A stretch of DNA of 64,000 bases from Vicinamibacteria bacterium. GTDB lineage: Bacteria > Acidobacteriota > Vicinamibacteria > Vicinamibacterales > JAENWD01. Numbering within the stretch: the first letter of the stretch is position 1; each line of letters starts with the position of its first letter. A program made the position numbers and the translations under genes. Positions 11,549-23,889 of this stretch are shown in pieces. Where the stretch lies: positions 515,553-579,552 of the forward strand of contig CAWDZE010000012.1 of the NCBI GenBank assembly GCA_963806705.1. The letters run 5' to 3'. The notes under the pieces were generated by a model. It searched no databases. It was given only the letters and a program-made list of their open reading frames with translations, and was not told the DNA's origin.

Positions 11549-12869
11549 TCACGCCGGCAGGATGACGCCGCGGCACTCGCCGGCGCCGATGCGCACCCAC
11601 CCGTCGCGCTCGCACCAGCCACGGAAGATCACCTCGTCGCCGTCGTCGAGGAACGTGCGCGTCTCGCCGGTCGGCAGCGTAATGGGCTGCTCGCCACGCC
11701 ACGCGAGCTCCAGCAGACACCCGCGCGACTCGCGCGTCGGGCCCGACACGGTGCCGCTGGCAAACAGATCCCCGGGCCGCAGGTTGCAGCCGTTGCTGGC
11801 GTGATGCGCCAGCAGCTGTCCCGGCGTCCAATACAGGTGCCGCAGGCTGTTGCGCGAGACGACAAACGGCGCGATCTTCGCGGCCCGCATGCGCTCGCTC
11901 GACAGGCTCACCTCGAGGCGCAGGTCGAGGCCGCCGCGATCGCGCTGACGCGCGTCGTCGAGATACGGCAGCGGCTCCGGATCGCCCTCCGGCCGGATGA
12001 GCGCCGGCACGCGAAACGGCTCGAGCGCCTCGAGCGTCACGACCCACGGCGACACCGACGTCGCGAAACTCTTGGCCAGGAACGGGCCGAGCGGCTGGTA
12101 CTCCCACGCCTGGAGGTCGCGCGCGGACCAGTCGTTGACCAGGCACACGCCAAACAGGTGCGACTCGACTTCGCCAATCGGAATGGCGGTGCCGAGCGCG
12201 TTGCCCGGCCCGACGAAGAAGCCCACTTCGAGCTCGTAGTCGAGACGCCGCGACGGCCCCACGATCGGCTCCATCGCCGACTCCGGCTTGGCCTGCCCAT
12301 GCGGCCGCCGCACGGGCGTGCCGCTGGCCACGATCGAGGACGCCCGGCCGTGATACCCGATGGGCACGTACTTGTAGTTGGGCAGCAACGGGTTGTCGGG
12401 CCGCATCATCGTCCCGACGTTGGTGGCGTGGAAGATCGACGCGTAGAAGTCCGTGTAGTCGCCGATTTCCGAGGGCACGTGCATCACGGCCTCGGCCATC
12501 GGTCACCAGGCACGGCTCCACTTTCTTCTGCAGGGCGCGGCGACGATCCTCACGCAGCAACTCGCTGACCCGACGCCGCAACGCCGACCAGCTGTGCGGC
12601 CCCATCGCCATCAGGCGGTTCAGCGACGGCGACAGGCACGCTTCGCCGACCGTCGCAAGGTCGCCTTCAAACAGCGCCGCGCGGTGACACAAACGCAGGT
12701 CGAGGATGCGGTCGCCGATGGCCACGCCAACGCGCGGCGGCTCGGGCGTGAGCGCTCGATGAAAAATGCCGAACGGCAGGTTCTGGATTGGAAAGTCTGC
12801 GCCAGGCTGGTTGGCCGACTCCACCCAGCTGCGCAACTCGGGATCGTGCGTCTCGTTCACAGCGAGCAT
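11549..12869 (-). CDS. fahA: Fumarylacetoacetase (frameshift near 12500)
   Basis: SWVESAN..DFPIQNLPFG in one frame; DYTDFYAS, YHGRASS, LDYELE, NDWSARD, GPFLAKSF in the other. Confidence 0.93.
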
Positions 12870-12932
12870 CGCGTCGGTATTACATCACTGTTTCAACGGA
12901 AACCAAACGATTGGAAAGACCACTTCGAGAAC

Positions 12933-12956
12933 GCCCGAACTGAAGTTCCGGCCTAC
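12933..12956 (-). repeat. GTAG-type REP hairpin overlapping the hmgA stop
   Basis: Minus strand GTAG-GCCGGAAC-TTCA-GTTCGGGC. Confidence 0.6.
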
Positions 12957-14103
12957 GACAGCCACGAGTGGTAGTACTCCGCGTCCTCGATCTCGATCGC
13001 CTGGCGGCTCACGTGGAACGGCTTGAACGTGTCGACCATCACCGCCAGTTCGTCGGTCCTGGTCACGCCAAGCGACGCCTCGGTGCGGCCAGGGTGCGGG
13101 CCGTGCGGGATGCCGTCGGGATGGAGCGTAATCGAGCCGTACTCGATGCCTTTGCGGCTCATGAACTCCGAGCTGGCGTAGTAGATGACCTCGTCGGACA
13201 TGACGTTCGAGTGGTTGTAGGGCACCGGAACCGCGCTCGGGTCGAAGTCGTACGGCCGGGGGCAGAACGAGCACACCACGAAGCCGTCGCCCTCGAAGGT
13301 CTGGTGCACGGGCGGCGGCAGGTGGATGCGGCCCACGCGCGGCTCGAAATCGTGGATGCTGAGCGCGAACGGATAGTAGAAGCCGTCCCAGCCGACCAGA
13401 TCGAACGGGTGATAGACCAGCGACATCTCGAACAGCCGGTTCTCCTTCTTCACCACCAGCCGGAACTCGCCCTTCTCCTCGACCGTCGGCAGGTTCTCGG
13501 GCCGGCGGATGTCACGCTCGGAGTACGGCGACATCTCGGTGAGCTGCCCGTGCTCGTTGCGATAGCGCTTGGGCGTCCTCACGTAGCCGGTGCTTTCGAT
13601 GACCAGGAACTTCAGCGGGCCGGGGTTGAAGCGATACCGGTGCAGGATCCCGCGCGGAATCACCAGGTAGTCGCCGTCCTTGAAGGCAATCTCGCCAAGC
13701 GGCGTCTCGAGCACGCCGCTGCCCTGGCTGGTGTAGATCACCTCGTCGCCCTGCGCGTTGCGGTAGAAGAACTCATCGGCGTGCGTGGGCTGCACAAACG
13801 ACATCGCGACGTCCGCGTTGAAGAGCAGCGGGATGCGATCCAGCGTGAGGCTGCCGCCAGAGCCGAGCTGGTGCGTGCGGAAGTGCCGGTGGCGGAACTG
13901 CGGCTCCGGGTCGCGCTGCCACGCCAGATCGCGCATCTTGCGCACGGCCTGCACCGGCGTCGGCTGGTGCAGGTGGTAGAGCAGCGACGAGGGTCCGGTG
14001 AATCCTTTGTTGCCGATCAGCTCCTCGGCCAGCAGCGCGCCGTCGCGGCGAACGACGGTGTGACGCTTATGAGGAACGTCCCGAGCGAGTGGTAGATGGG
14101 CAT
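12953..14103 (-). CDS. hmgA: Homogentisate 1,2-dioxygenase (frameshifts in the first ~60 nt)
   Basis: MPIYH..VPHKRH..EELIGNKGFTGPSSLLYH; HPFDLVGWDG, HLPPPVH, PYNHSN, TLHPDGIPHGP. Confidence 0.92.
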
Positions 14104-14165
14104 GGCGTCGTCCTTAGTGGCCGAGTGCTCTGGGCTACAGGCTTGGTGCGCTGCCGGCAGGCACT

Positions 14166-15255
14166 TCAGAGATTCCCCCTCAGGGCCTGTTCTCGTTCGA
14201 TGGCCTCGAACAGCGCCTTGAAATTGCCCTTGCCGAAACCCTGCTGCCCTTGCGCTGGATGATCTCGAAGAACACCGTCGGGCGATCCTCGACCGGCCGC
14301 GTGAACAACTGCAGCAGGTAGCCTTCTTCGTCGCGATCGACGAGGATGCCCAGCTGGCGGATCATCGTCGAGCGCCTCGTCGATCTCGCCGACCCGCGCC
14401 GGCAGCAGCTCGTAGTAGGCCGCGGGACGTTCAGGAACTCGACGCCGTTGTCGCGCAGCCGCCGCACCGTGTGCTCGATGTCGTTCGTCAGCAACGCGAT
14501 GTGCTGCACGCCCGGGCCGCTGTAGTAGTCCAGATACTCCTCGATCTGGCTCTTGCGCTTGCCCGTCGCCGGCTCGTTCAGCGGGAACTTGATGGCGTGG
14601 CAGTCGTCGGACATCACGATGCTCATCAGCGCGCTGTATTCGGTGTAGATGTCCTTGTCGTCGAAGCTGATGTACCGCTTGAAGCCCAGCACGTCGCTGT
14701 ACCACTCGGCCCAGTCGTCCATCTCGCCGAGTTCGACGTTGCCGACGATGTGGTCGATGCGCAGGATGCCGGCATCCTCGCCGGCCACGGTCCGCTCGAC
14801 GTAGCCGGGCAGGAACGGGCCGTTGTAGTCGTCGAGACCGATGAACGAGTGGAGCGTGTCGCCGTACGTGTGGATCGACGGCGCGGCGGATGCGGCCGTG
14901 CGCGTCGACCTCGTCGTGCGGCTCGACGGCCGGCCTGGCGCCGCGCTTCACCGCTTCTTCGAACGCCGTGTCGGCGTCGTCGACCTGGAACGCGATGTCG
15001 CGCACGCCGTCGCCGTGCAGCTTGAGGTGGTCGGCCGACGGATGGTCGGGCGATAGCGGCGTGCGAAACACGAAGCCGCGCCTTGCCCTGGCGCATGCGC
15101 GTAGGACGCCATGTCGCGCTGCCGGTCTCGAGCCCGGAGTAGGCGAACTGCGAGAAGCCGAAGGCCTTGCGGTAGTAGTAGGCGGCCTGCTTGGCGTTGC
15201 CGACCCAGAACTCGACGTGGTGGATCTGCCGCAGCTTGAGCGGGTTGTCGGACAT
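14166..15255 (-). CDS. hppD: 4-hydroxyphenylpyruvate dioxygenase (several frameshifts)
   Basis: [80 protein letters not shown] distributed over three frames. Confidence 0.92.
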
Positions 15256-15311
15256 GCCTCGATCATACCGCTGGCGCATGATGATGTGCCAGTTAGACGC
15301 TCGACGGGTAT

Positions 15312-15395
15312 GGTTCACGGGTTACCCAGGTCACGGGTTCACGGTTCACGGGTTCACAGGTTCACAGGTTCACGGGGTTCATGGGTTCAAGTTCC
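15312..15395 (+). repeat. Octamer tandem array (GGTTCACR)n
   Basis: ggttcacgggttacccaggtcacgggttcacggttcacgggttcacaggttcacaggttcacggggttcatgggttc. Confidence 0.85.
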
Positions 15396-15420
15396 GACGG
15401 GCGCCGCCGATTTCTCGAGC

Positions 15421-16130
15421 GTGAAATTTCCCTCGCCCACCCGCCGCATTCTGGTCGTGGATGACGACGCCGCCCGGGCCGCGGCGCTGGTCGCCGTCCT
15501 CGACGCAGGCGCGAGAATTGGCTGATCGAGACCGCGCTGAGCGGCCGGGGCGCGCTGGCCGCGCTCACCGCGCGGACGTTCGACCTGCTCATCACCGACC
15601 TGCACGTCGCCGGCATCGGCAGCGGCGCGCTGCTGGCGACGGCGGTCAATCGAGCACCCAGCGTCGTGCGCCTGGTCGCGGAGCACGCCGACGTGGCGAG
15701 CGGCCGATGCTGGCCGCGGCTTGCGCGCATGAATTCGTCGCCGAACTGCTTGACGGCGATGCCGTGGTCGCGCAAATCGCCGAGATCGAGCGCGACGAGC
15801 TGGGCGTCACTCACGCCGAACTGGACGTCTATCTGCTTGGCCTGTCGGGGTCTGCCCGACGCGATCGTCGAGGCCACGGCCTGGCACCACTATCCGCCAA
15901 GCGCAGCGCCGGTCGGTTCGTCGGCACCGTCGTCGTTGTGAGTCGGCGGCCAACATGCATACGACCGTCGCAGCAAGCAAGATGACTGTCGACGCACACG
16001 ATGGGCCAGTGCGGCTGATGGCGAGGCTGGCCAATGTGGCCTGGCGCCGTTCGGGCTGTCAGGGCGCGCCTCGCTGGTGGATCGACTGGACGCGCGCGGC
16101 CGCACGGTCGACGGCTTAGCGAGCGTCGAG
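15421..16130 (+). pseudogene. Receiver + HDOD-like signalling protein, fragmented
   Basis: RRILVVDDD..FDLLITDL (receiver) and ERDELGVTHAEL..LLGL.GLPDAIVEATAWHH (HDOD C-terminus) in shifting frames; end uncertain. Confidence 0.5.
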
Positions 16131-16131
16131 G

Positions 16132-16996
16132 TCAGCCGCCGCGGTTGATGATGAGCAGGCCGAGCACGAGCGACGCCAGTACGGCCAGTGCCGTCACCGC
16201 CACACAAGCCAGGCCCGCGATGAGATGGTCGACCCGCTCGCGCGTGAGCGGGTCGAGCCATTTCGACATCAGCCATCCGCCACGCAAACCCGCCGGCGTG
16301 CGCCCAGTTATCGATGCCGGGCAGGAACAACCCCATCGCGAACATGATCGCGGCGTTCTGCAACGCCATCGCCCTCATGGCGGAGCTGCCACTACGATGG
16401 CCGTAATAGGCCATCGCGCCCAGCAGGCCGAAGATCGGCGCCGACGCGCCAATGGTCGAGTCGCGATCCGCCCAGCAGCGGTATGTCCGGCGCGACGTAA
16501 CCCATCACCGAGCTGGCGGTGAAGCCCATCACGCCGCCGGCGGTGTAGACGATCATCATGCGGCCGGCACCGTACAGCTCGGCGACTGGCGGCGCAAGCT
16601 GCCGCAGCGCGTTCATGTTGAACAGGATGTGCAGCAGGCCGCCGTGCAGCCAGCCCGCGGAGAGCACCGTCCACCACCAGCCGAGTTCGAAGACGGGAAC
16701 AGCGCCGCTGGCGCCAAATAGAATGAGGGCCCTTGAATCGGGCGACAGAAACGAGAAGAGGCTCGCTGCCCTGCAACGGATTCTCGGAGGCCGTGAGAGT
16801 CGCGAGGTAGAGGCCGACAGAGGCGACGATGACGAACGTCCCGAACCCCAAGTCCTGCCCCAGGCGTCGCAGCCAGCGGCGCAAACCCCCAGAGGCCTGG
16901 GTTGCGACGCCCGCAGTTGTAGCAGGTGTCGTCGTTGACGCCGACAAGCGACCCGCAGCCGGGGCAGACGGTGGAGCCGGTGCGTTGACGAAGCAT
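16132..16996 (-). CDS. Rhomboid intramembrane serine protease with N-terminal zinc ribbon (frameshifted)
   Basis: CPGC..CYNC; [21 protein letters not shown]; GASAPIFG; DNWAHAGGF. Confidence 0.85.
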
Positions 16997-17045
16997 CGTC
17001 GGAAGATGATACGTGATGACGGACGCTGACCAGATGACGGACGCT

Positions 17046-17182
17046 AACCACAGGGACACGGAGAGCACAAAGAACACACAAAGGACATTTGGTTGTGCTT
17101 GGATGAACCCCAACGCCGGGTGCAACCCGACGCTGCCAAAGTATTTTCTGTGCGTCCTCTGTGTCTTTGTGCCTCTGTGGTT
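17046..17182. repeat. Inverted ~9-nt-unit element (AACCACAG...CTGTGGTT)
   Basis: aaccacagggacacggagagcacaaagaacacacaaag ... ttctgtgcgtcctctgtgtctttgtgcctctgtggtt; preceded by an 18-nt-period direct repeat atgacggacgct at 17017-17045. Confidence 0.8.
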
Positions 17183-17193
17183 GACGTACGTCA

Positions 17194-19036
<1,843 letters not shown>

Positions 19037-19049
19037 CCCTTCAGTATCG

Positions 19050-19087
19050 CAGATTGTCGGATTGCACGATTGCCAGATTGGGGATTT
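19050..19087 (+). repeat. Degenerate GATTG-core tandem array (8-nt spacing)
   Basis: cagattgtcggattgcacgattgccagattggggattt. Confidence 0.55.
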
Positions 19088-19121
19088 CGCAGAGCAAATC
19101 GCGACCCGCTATAATTGTCGC

Positions 19122-19346
19122 ATGCCGATTTACGAGTATGCGTGCCGCCAGTGCGGGGCCCGGTTCGAGGTGCTGGTGCGCGGGCAGGAGGCGCCGCAGT
19201 GCCCGGGCTGCAAGAGCACGGACCTGGAAAAGGCCCTGTCGACCTTCGCGGTCGGCGGATCCGACGGCGGGCGCGCGGCGAGCGCCCCGAGCGCGTGCGG
19301 CCGCTGTGGCGATCCGCGGGGCCCGGGCGCCTGTTCGATGAACTGA
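19122..19346 (+). CDS. FmdB family zinc-ribbon protein
   Basis: MPIYEYACRQCG..CPGC..CGRC; TATAAT 6 nt upstream of the ATG. Confidence 0.9.
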   Translation: MPIYEYACRQCGARFEVLVRGQEAPQCPGCKSTDLEKALSTFAVGGSDGGRAASAPSACGRCGDPRGPGACSMN

Positions 19347-19369
19347 CCTCTGGCCGGCCACGTCGGCAA

Positions 19370-21588
19370 TCAGCGTGAACGCCCCTCGCGAACCGTACAC
19401 CTGCGCAGCAACGTCTCGCTCGACGACGCCTCGATCCTGAACACTTCCGTGGCATTCGCCCCGTTGCGCCATGCATCGAGCGCCGGAGTCGCCAGCCATT
19501 GGCGCGGCGCGGCCCGCCAGCCTCTCGTGACGGCCCGGACCGTCCCGTTGATGGAGACGGCGAGAAACGGCGGGCCTTCCGGCGGCAGCTTGCCTTCGAA
19601 CTGCCCGGCGAACTCGAACGGCACCACCGCACCATCGCGGTTCATCTGCGAGAAGTCGGACAGGTAGTCGACGGCGACAGCACAGTCGCCGTCCGCGATC
19701 TGAAGCCGGCTGGTCTGCTGTCCGATGAGGCTGGCGAACCGCGGGGGCGTCGGCACGCGATACGGATTCGCCGGACCGGCCAAACGTGTCCAGCTTGCTC
19801 TTGAAGCGCGGGCGAAAGGTCCGGGCCACGCCTGTCGTAGTCGCGTGTCCGGCGAGCCATATCGTAGAACATCGTCTTGGTCGCGGGTTCCTTCGCGGCG
19901 ATGCCCACCATCGAAGTGCCATCGGTCTTCCACGGCACGGCGATGCCGAGAAGATCGGCGATTGTCGGAACCAGGTCGATCGTCTCGACGTTCCGATCGT
20001 TGACCTTCAGATCGCCAAGCGCGAAGGTGCCGTCGATGACCGCCGGGCTGTCGGCGGGTAGCTTCAGAATGAGCGGGATGCGCATGATCTGCGCCGCGGT
20101 GTCCTCCGTGAAGTCACGCCGGGGCGAGCCGGAACGGAAGGCAATGCCGTGATCCGACAGCACGATCACGAGTGACCGGTCGTACATCCCCGCCGCTTTC
20201 AGGCGGGCGACGATGCGGCCGATGACAGCGTCGACGAAGCCGAGTTGCAGCAACTGGCGCTGGTGCCCTTGCGCCACTGCCCAGTCATCGTGTGGCCACA
20301 ACTCCCGCTTTCGTCCCGGCAGGGCGGCCGGCAGCCGCAGCGCATCCGCTTTCGACCGCGTGCCGTCCAGCTGCCCGGACGGAAGCAGCCAGTAGGGGCT
20401 GTGAGCGAGCAGGCTGTGAACGAAAAACAGACCTGGACGCGTCTGGTCGCGCTGCTCGATCCGTTCGACGAAACGGTTGATGACCTCGAGGCGCGCATCT
20501 CGAGTCGGCGCGCGTCGCCGGCGCCTGCGCCGCTCCTTCGAGCGTGCCGGCCGCCCCTCGTCATCGACGACTGGTCGCCTGGAAGTCCGCCCAGTTCGTC
20601 GTGACGTCTGGAAGGTGACCCTTGAGCTCCTCCGGGAGCACGATGTGCTGGTACAGGATGAACAGGTCCGTCGCGAGCGTCGCAAGCCGGGAGCCAAGCG
20701 GCACGTCCTCGCGACCGCATACGTGATCGGGGCAGAGGTCGGTGACCGACTCGATCGCGACGACCTCATGCGTGCGCGCCAGCAGCGAAAATATCGAATT
20801 CGGATGATCCCTGGCTGACGGCGACGCGTCCGGACGCGGTCGCATGCCCGATGAGGATCGCCGGAAGCGCCCACCGGGTGTAGTCGCTCACCGTTGTCGC
20901 GTTTCGAAACCAGATGCCGTCGCCTGCCAGGTCGGCAAGGTTCGGAAAGAGCGATGCGTCGATCGTGGCCTCGGCATCGAGCAGCGCCACCAGCGAGATC
21001 TCGTCGAAGACCATCATGACAACGGGGACGTTTCTCGACGTGGCTGGCGCGCTTTGGCCCGCCGCGGACACGACGGGCTGCGGCAACAGCATTCGCGAGA
21101 TGTCCGGTTGCGACCAGAAGACGAGGGGCACGACGATGACGGCGATCGCAAGAACGGACGCAAATGCCCGGGCCCACGCCTGCCGCTGATACGCAATCGC
21201 GCCAGCGAGACCTGACATGCAGGCGATCGGAATCACGACCGCGGCGTGGAGATCGACGCTGGTGCCGGCCTGCATCGCCGCCAGCGCGACGAGCATGCCG
21301 ACCGTTATGTCGACCGCCAGCGCCCGGGCCGTCGTGCCTGCCATGCCGATGGCGGCGATCACTCCGGTCAGCAGCAGAGGGCACAGCACGACGAGAACGA
21401 CGATGAGCCCCAGGATCCCCGGACGCGTGGGCTTGTGCGCGATGAGGAACTCGGGGTTGCGCGCGATCAGGTCGAGGAGCGGCTGCGCCACGACGAGCGC
21501 CCACAGCCCCGCGATATGAAGCCACCAGAGTCGAGGTGTGTTGAATGGCCCCGGTCGTAACGGTCGTGGACAGCCACCGCGAAGGCAT
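19370..21588 (-). CDS. Membrane-anchored sulfatase-like hydrolase/transferase (multiple frameshifts)
   Basis: TM N-terminus, then VVMMVFDE, PNLADLA..ATTV, HSLLAHSPY, VLSDHG, IPLILK, TIDLVPTI; start uncertain. Confidence 0.7.
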
Positions 21589-21676
21589 GATCACGCGAAG
21601 GCAGCCTCCGCGCAACGTGCGACTCACTCGCCCAGCCCGGCGGATTGGCAGTGCGCACCAACGTCGAGCTGGCTCG

Positions 21677-22426
21677 CTACGCTGTTCCTCCCGCCGCCAC
21701 GGACACCAGCGCGCGCGCCGCGGCCAGGTCTGCCGGGTTCACCCGCGATGCCCGCGGCAGGTGCACGCTCATCTCCCGGCGGGCCCGATCGGCGTCGTGC
21801 GCCCGAACGGCGTGGTAGATGTTGCGGTGCATGATGGCCGTCTCGCGCAGGTCGCGCCCGCGCGGCAGCGTCCGCTTGCGATGCTCGAAGTAGAGCGTCG
21901 ACACCATCTCGACCAGCGTCGCCAGAATCGGGTTGCCCGACGCCATCGCCACCGAGCGGTGGAAGCGGATGTCGTGCAACAGGAACGCCTGCGGATCCTC
22001 GACCGAGGCGAACATCCCGGTGACTTCCTCGGCCATGCCGGCGATCTCATCGCTGCTGGCCCGTTCGGCGGCCAGGCCCGCCAGGCCGACTTCCAGGACA
22101 CGACGCGCCTCGAACATCTGCTCGGGCGTGAAGCCGTGAAGCGAGGCCAGCATGCTGAGGGGCCGGCTGTCGAGCTGTGGCGGCCCCTCGGCGATGTACG
22201 TGCCCGACCCGTGCCGGGTCTGCACGACGCTCATCGCCGACAGCGAGCGCAGCCCTGCGCGCACGCTGGGCCGGCTCACGCCGATCTTCTGCGCCAGCTC
22301 GCGCTCGGGTGGAAGACGATCGCCGGGCCGCAACTGGCCCCGTTCGATGTGCCCGCGCACGAAATCCACGACCAACTCGGCTGCCGCCGCATCCGATGCC
22401 CGAAAGTCCCGATCCTCGCCCATCAT
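21677..22426 (-). CDS. FadR/GntR family transcriptional regulator
   Basis: GDRLPPERELAQKIGVSRPSVR HTH; FCD domain with DIRFH and SGN. Confidence 0.93.
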   Translation of the reverse strand: MMGEDRDFRASDAAAAELVVDFVRGHIERGQLRPGDRLPPERELAQKIGVSRPSVRAGLRSLSAMSVVQTRHGSGTYIAEGPPQLDSRPLSMLASLHGFTPEQMFEARRVLEVGLAGLAAERASSDEIAGMAEEVTGMFASVEDPQAFLLHDIRFHRSVAMASGNPILATLVEMVSTLYFEHRKRTLPRGRDLRETAIMHRNIYHAVRAHDADRARREMSVHLPRASRVNPADLAAARALVSVAAGGTA

Positions 22427-22596
22427 GTCCGTCCTGCCTTCCCTGTTCGCCGCGGCCGGTTGCCCGGACCATCCCGGCCCGGTGCCGGTGTGACCACTCG
22501 AGCCTCTGAATGAGCCACGGTAGTCCGGTGACCCACACCGCGCTGTGACGCCGCGGTAAGCACCGCGTGAACAGCCGTCTGCCGCGAACGACGTCA

Positions 22597-22659
22597 GTAT
22601 AGCAAAGTGTTGTAAGAAATGTGCGACATTCGCAACCTAACTCAATCACTTTGCTATAC
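22597..22659. promoter_or_regulatory. 13-bp inverted repeat containing extended -10 boxes
   Basis: GTATAGCAAAGTG (22597-22609) / CACTTTGCTATAC (22647-22659); minus strand TGCTATACT points at the FadR gene. Confidence 0.55.
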
Positions 22660-23872
22660 AGAGCATATCAACAGCGTATCTGATGGCCTGTTCGTGCCCA
22701 TTGCAACGCAGTGCCGCGTTCATCGACGCAGGGTCGAGGCGGACAGACCGCGGCCGCCCCTCGTCGTCGGCGGCGATGCCAAGGACGAGCGTCACGACCT
22801 CGTCGTAGCTCTTCACGCCCTCGTCCACGCGATTGGCCTTCAGGAACTGGTCGTACGTGCGCCAGCTCGCCCGCTGGACCATCGGCTGGCCGCGTCGCAA
22901 TCGCGCCGCAATCGCCGCCAGGTCACGCCGGGGCCCGGCGCCCAGCAAGGCGTCGATCGCGCTCACGCGATCGCGCGGCAGATCGCGGCGCAGGTGCCAG
23001 TAAAGCGACAGCCATCCGCTGTACCGCGCGAGATGATCGCCGGCACGACAGGTGAGCCAGCCGACGTAGCTCGCCTCGCTCTCGCGCGCCCAGCCGGCCA
23101 GATGACCCCACTCATGCGCGATCACGAACGGCTGCTCCACCGGCAGCACCTCGGGGTTGACGATCACCTCGAGGCCGAGCGGGTTCACCATCCCGTCAAC
23201 CGTCGCCCACCGGAAGAACGGCGACAGCATCGAGATCTTCGGGCGCCCCGCCGTCGCCAGACGTGACTGGCCCAGCGCCCGCTGCGCCAGCGTGAAGGCC
23301 GGCGCCAGCCGCACCCGCATTGCCGCCAGTGTCGGCGTCGCCGGCAGATCGGCATGCGCGGGCTGATGCAGGCGATTGAGCTCGGCCACCGCACGCCGGC
23401 TTGCGGCGTCCACCTCGGCGGCGGTGACGCGCGAACGATCGAAGTCCAGCCGCTCGGTGATGGGCGGCCGGCGGTAGTTGAGTCCCCAGCAGGCGAGAAA
23501 GGCGATGTAGACGATGGAGGCGGCGACGATGGCGCGCGTCAACGCGCTGGCCACCGCGCGCAGGCGCGTGCCTGACGGCGCGCGAAGGACTCGCCAGCAC
23601 GCCCAGCCGCACGCGATCAGCGCCAGCACGATCCACACGTCGAGCAGCGCGACGGGCGCCAGGCTCGACAGCGACGTGACGATGGGCTGGAAAGCGGGAT
23701 ACCACCCGCGAGAGTAGACGCGCTCGACCCAGGCCGGGTCCATCGGCGCCCACGCCAGCGCGACCGCGGAGGCGACGAGCAGGGCGAGCGACCGCGCGGG
23801 CGAAGCCCCGCCGCCAGTCTTGACGCGTGTCGGGCGCGCGGCGCGCTTGCTCTTCGGCGCCTGGCGCGCCAT
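22646..23872 (-). CDS. DUF3810 family protein (HEXXH zincin-like membrane protein)
   Basis: VERVYSRGWYP, WGLNYRRPP, NPLGLE, AHEWGHLAGWARESEAS. Confidence 0.85.
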   Translation of the reverse strand: MARQAPKSKRAARPTRVKTGGGASPARSLALLVASAVALAWAPMDPAWVERVYSRGWYPAFQPIVTSLSSLAPVALLDVWIVLALIACGWACWRVLRAPSGTRLRAVASALTRAIVAASIVYIAFLACWGLNYRRPPITERLDFDRSRVTAAEVDAASRRAVAELNRLHQPAHADLPATPTLAAMRVRLAPAFTLAQRALGQSRLATAGRPKISMLSPFFRWATVDGMVNPLGLEVIVNPEVLPVEQPFVIAHEWGHLAGWARESEASYVGWLTCRAGDHLARYSGWLSLYWHLRRDLPRDRVSAIDALLGAGPRRDLAAIAARLRRGQPMVQRASWRTYDQFLKANRVDEGVKSYDEVVTLVLGIAADDEGRPRSVRLDPASMNAALRCNGHEQAIRYAVDMLCIAK

Positions 23873-23889
23873 GGCGGCTCGTCTGCGCC

